A DNA stretch of 64,000 nt, taken from the NCBI GenBank assembly GCA_963676835.2, contig CAXXFF010000002.1:1792001-1856000 (forward strand), given 5' to 3'. The notes beneath the pieces were generated by a model that was not told the origin of the DNA, ran no database searches, and worked only from the letters and a program-made list of their open reading frames with translations. The stretch comes from Marispirochaeta sp. (GTDB lineage: Bacteria; Spirochaetota; Spirochaetia; JC444; Marispirochaetaceae). Positions 61,364 to 64,000 of this stretch are shown here, in pieces. How positions within the stretch are numbered: position 1 is the stretch's first letter; each line of letters starts with the position of its first letter. The position numbers and the translations under genes were made by a program.

Positions 61364-61407
61364 AAAAAGAAAAGGCCCCATTCCGAAGAATGGAGCCTTT
61401 TCTTTTT
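61364..61407 (-). terminator. Long hairpin immediately 3' of the tRNA-Pro fragment
   Basis: AAAAAGAAAAGGCCCCATTC-CGAA-GAATGGAGCCTTTTCTTTTT. Confidence 0.75.
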
Positions 61408-61454
61408 CGGGCTGGGCGGATTTGAACCGCCGACCCCTTGTCCCCCAGACAAGT
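61407..61454 (-). mobile_element. 3' fragment of tRNA-Pro(GGG), probable att site at the left boundary of an integrated element
   Basis: Anticodon arm CTTGT-CTGGGGG-ACAAG, T-arm GGTTCAAATCC and acceptor 3' strand CAGCCCGA are present; the D-arm and 5' acceptor strand are absent. Confidence 0.8.
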
Positions 61455-61664
61455 CCCCCTTATCCTACGGGTTCCTTTGTATTCCTACTATAACTATATA
61501 AAAGTATATTGAGTAGACAATTAAGTCAATGTTATTCCCAAGTGTTACCTCGGATTCCCGTTCCAAGGGAAAGATTTTTTGGTCACAAATTTGGCTACAA
61601 ATTTATTCTATGTGATATAGATATATTAGTAGCACTATAATTACTGGCTACCGTTGAAAAGTAA

Positions 61665-62471
61665 CTATGAATGATCCTGATACGAGTTGCTTGGTGAATA
61701 CCCCATAGCCACGGAAACCTTTTTTCCAGTTTCTCTAAGTTCGCTAAGTATTTCATTTTCCAAGGTGTTCCTAGCAATAATTGCGGTGGAGCATGAGACA
61801 CTGATAGCCGCAACGCACTGAGAATGATGATTGAGTACTGGAACTGAGATGCACTGCATCCCTAATGCATGCTCCTGCAAATCTAGTGAATATCCACGCT
61901 GCTTGACTAATTCAAGATCATCTAACAATTTAGTTTTATCGGTAATAGTAAAATTAGTTTTAGGCTTCATCTCAAGATCTTTAATAATTGTCTCAAGAGC
62001 TCCTCGCTCCAGATGAGCCAGCAGCACTTTTCCGGCGGCGGTAGAGTATAGATCTGTTCGCAGGCCAATGAAGGAAGAGCATTTCAAAGCTCCAGGCTGA
62101 TGGTTAACATCCACCTTATCCACATAAACGGCCTCTTTGTTATCGAGAACCAGTAGATGCACTGTCTCACTTAAGTTGCGGCTTAGCTCCTCAAGATAAA
62201 AATGTCCTCTTTCTCTTACGTTTACTCGCTGAAGATAGGATTGCCCGGCCCTTACAAGACTCAAACCTATATCGTACTTGCGTGTTTCATCATCTTTCTG
62301 CAGATAACCCATTTCGGTCAGGGTCTTTATGTGATGATGCAGGGATGATTTGTTGTAGCCTAGCGCTTCAGCAATCTCCTTGATGCTCAGGGGCCTGTTT
62401 TTGTTGAATATGGTTTCAATAACCCCGATAGCTTTGCCTACAGTGTTAAGTTTTTTTTCGGAAACTTCCAT
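61665..62471 (-). CDS. IclR-family transcriptional regulator
   Basis: HTH SIKEIAEALGYNKSSLHH; ETVHL, STAAGK, RGYSLD.QE...G..CISVP. Confidence 0.93.
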   Translation of the reverse strand: MEVSEKKLNTVGKAIGVIETIFNKNRPLSIKEIAEALGYNKSSLHHHIKTLTEMGYLQKDDETRKYDIGLSLVRAGQSYLQRVNVRERGHFYLEELSRNLSETVHLLVLDNKEAVYVDKVDVNHQPGALKCSSFIGLRTDLYSTAAGKVLLAHLERGALETIIKDLEMKPKTNFTITDKTKLLDDLELVKQRGYSLDLQEHALGMQCISVPVLNHHSQCVAAISVSCSTAIIARNTLENEILSELRETGKKVSVAMGYSPSNSYQDHS

Positions 62472-62538
62472 GAGAATTTCATAATACGAAATGTCGATTG
62501 TAGTCAAGAAAAAAGTGTTCATATTAAGAGTTGTCCTG

Positions 62539-62600
62539 TTGACAAATAAAAAACGCACCCTTAGTATATATATATGAAACGGAGTTTCAAATAGAGAAAC
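62539..62600 (+). promoter_or_regulatory. Sigma-70 promoter with adjacent IclR-type palindromes
   Basis: TTGACA-N17-TAGTAT; TGAAAC-GGA-GTTTCA (62575-62589) and GTTTC-N7-GAAAC (62584-62600). Confidence 0.6.
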
Positions 62601-62613
62601 GATAGAGGGTGTT

Positions 62614-63087
62614 ATGGATCATAAAACACTGGCTGAAGAAGCGATTAGAGTCATCAGGCCTGCCATAACTGTTCTGTTAAACGAGAAAGCCAAACGCAGG
62701 GATATGCATGTTGTAGTTATGGATCCCACGAAGAAACCCTGGGAGACTGGTTTCGAGGAGGCGATCCTCTATGAATGCTCATTTAGCGATAAATCAAATT
62801 GGGAGAACCCTTACGATGAGCTGGCGCGGGCGAAAGCTAAACAAGCATGGAGGGATGGCAAAGGGAATATGCATAAGCACCTGAATGCTCCCGCAACCCT
62901 GTCCTCGGGTGATGTGACCTTTTACGGATCCTTTGAGTATGAAGGAGTTATTGTTGCCGCCAGCGGCATAGAGCCCTGGTTTGATGTGCTGGTAAGTGGT
63001 TGGATTGTATTAACGGTACAACAGCTGGCTCAGGATTGGTACCAACGGTTCAAATGCGAAAATCCCTCTGCCTTCTATATCCCCTGA
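62614..63087 (+). CDS. Hypothetical protein, possibly a distant GlcG/HbpS-like fold
   Basis: VVVMDP, ARAKA, G.IVAASG...FD pattern; GAGGG RBS. Confidence 0.65.
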   Translation: MDHKTLAEEAIRVIRPAITVLLNEKAKRRDMHVVVMDPTKKPWETGFEEAILYECSFSDKSNWENPYDELARAKAKQAWRDGKGNMHKHLNAPATLSSGDVTFYGSFEYEGVIVAASGIEPWFDVLVSGWIVLTVQQLAQDWYQRFKCENPSAFYIP

Positions 63088-63135
63088 TATTTCCGGAATC
63101 CATATCAGTACGGGATAAAACAAATTACAAGGAAA

Positions 63136-64000
63136 ATGAATATGACGAATTTTGAATGGAGTATGCCGACCAAGTTGAACTATGCAGAAGGAAACCTCGA
63201 GAAGGTTGGCGAATTAACCAAGGGATTTGGCACGAAGGCCATGGTTGTTTCGTACGCACAGCCGGGAAAAGGCGTATGGGTTGTAGAGAAGGCGCTGGAG
63301 TCGCTGGATAAAGCAGGAATCTCCTATATTCTCTATGACCGCATTGAACCGAATCCGCGCGTAACAACCATTGATGCCGGAGTGGAAGTCTTTAAGCGTG
63401 AAGCATGTGATTATATTCTCGCCGTAGGCGGCGGTAGTGTTATCGATGCATCAAAGTATATCTCCGCAACAGCGTTTTGTGGTGGATCCTGCTGGGATTA
63501 TGTGATTCTTAAAGAGCGGAAAGAAAAAGTCTATACCGGGGCGTATCCGATTGTAGCGGTGCCTACCGTAGCCGCATCCGGATCGGAAGCCAACGCCGGA
63601 GGGGTGATTACTAATTGGGAGACAAACGAGAAGAGCTTCTGCCGCTCCGAACATAGAATACCCCGGATGGCGATTATCGATCCCAAGGTATTTGCTACCT
63701 TGCCAAAGAAAATTACTCTCGACAGTAGCATCGACATCTTCTCTCATCTGATTGAGCACTATCTTTCCAGCGATGCCGAGTCGGAGATCGCTGACCGGAT
63801 TACCGAAGGGTTGATACTGACAGTAATGGAATGTCTTGACCGGGTAATCGAGGATCCTGAGGATCTAGATGCCAGGGGAGAACTCTCGCTTGCGTCAATC
63901 CTTGGCTGGTCAGGGCTACAGGCCCTTGGTCGAACCGGTTCGATCCCTATCCACTTCATTGAACACCAGCTAAGCGGACACTTCGATGTAAGCCATGGCC
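63136..64000 (+). CDS. Iron-containing alcohol dehydrogenase (partial, runs off right edge)
   Basis: Hand translation: MNMTNFEWSMPTKL...IEPNPR...GGGSVIDASK...PTVAASGSE...DIFSHLIEHY...HFIEHQLSG; absent from the ORF track. Confidence 0.92.
   Translation, partial: MNMTNFEWSMPTKLNYAEGNLEKVGELTKGFGTKAMVVSYAQPGKGVWVVEKALESLDKAGISYILYDRIEPNPRVTTIDAGVEVFKREACDYILAVGGGSVIDASKYISATAFCGGSCWDYVILKERKEKVYTGAYPIVAVPTVAASGSEANAGGVITNWETNEKSFCRSEHRIPRMAIIDPKVFATLPKKITLDSSIDIFSHLIEHYLSSDAESEIADRITEGLILTVMECLDRVIEDPEDLDARGELSLASILGWSGLQALGRTGSIPIHFIEHQLSGHFDVSHG

Noticed and set aside
61407..61480. Intact tRNA-Pro gene
   Set aside because: There is no D-arm or 5' acceptor strand upstream of the anticodon arm.

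Overview
This is a gene-dense bacterial chromosomal window of moderate GC. It is most likely from a free-living anaerobic spirochaete, inferred from a spirochaete-type lipobox, TCAA-N15-GCCGATAA sigma-28-like promoters and the overall gene content. Housekeeping and metabolic genes include four peptidases, an OmpR/BaeS-type two-component system, a lipid operon (FGGY kinase-plsC-DAG kinase), a suf operon, tRNA-Cys, gpsA and monomeric icd. Accessory content includes a LacI/YesMN/TctABC/dual-BASS organic-acid locus, three Fe-alcohol dehydrogenases, a complete group II intron inserted in a terminator, a Na+/H+ antiporter-EIIA fusion, and the left edge of a probable island integrated at tRNA-Pro(GGG). 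The strongest unexpected signal is at 29409-29589 (minus strand). A 21-aa leader peptide with seven consecutive Ala codons is followed by mutually exclusive 1:2, 2:3 and 3:4 hairpins and a U7 tract, directly upstream of an AlaA-like aminotransferase. This looks like an alanine-sensing, ribosome-mediated transcription attenuator. Other highlights are a kinase resembling metazoan GK5 in a lipid operon, a candidate Na+ riboswitch, and a promoter caged inside an inverted repeat. All product calls come from motif recognition by eye; no searches were run.
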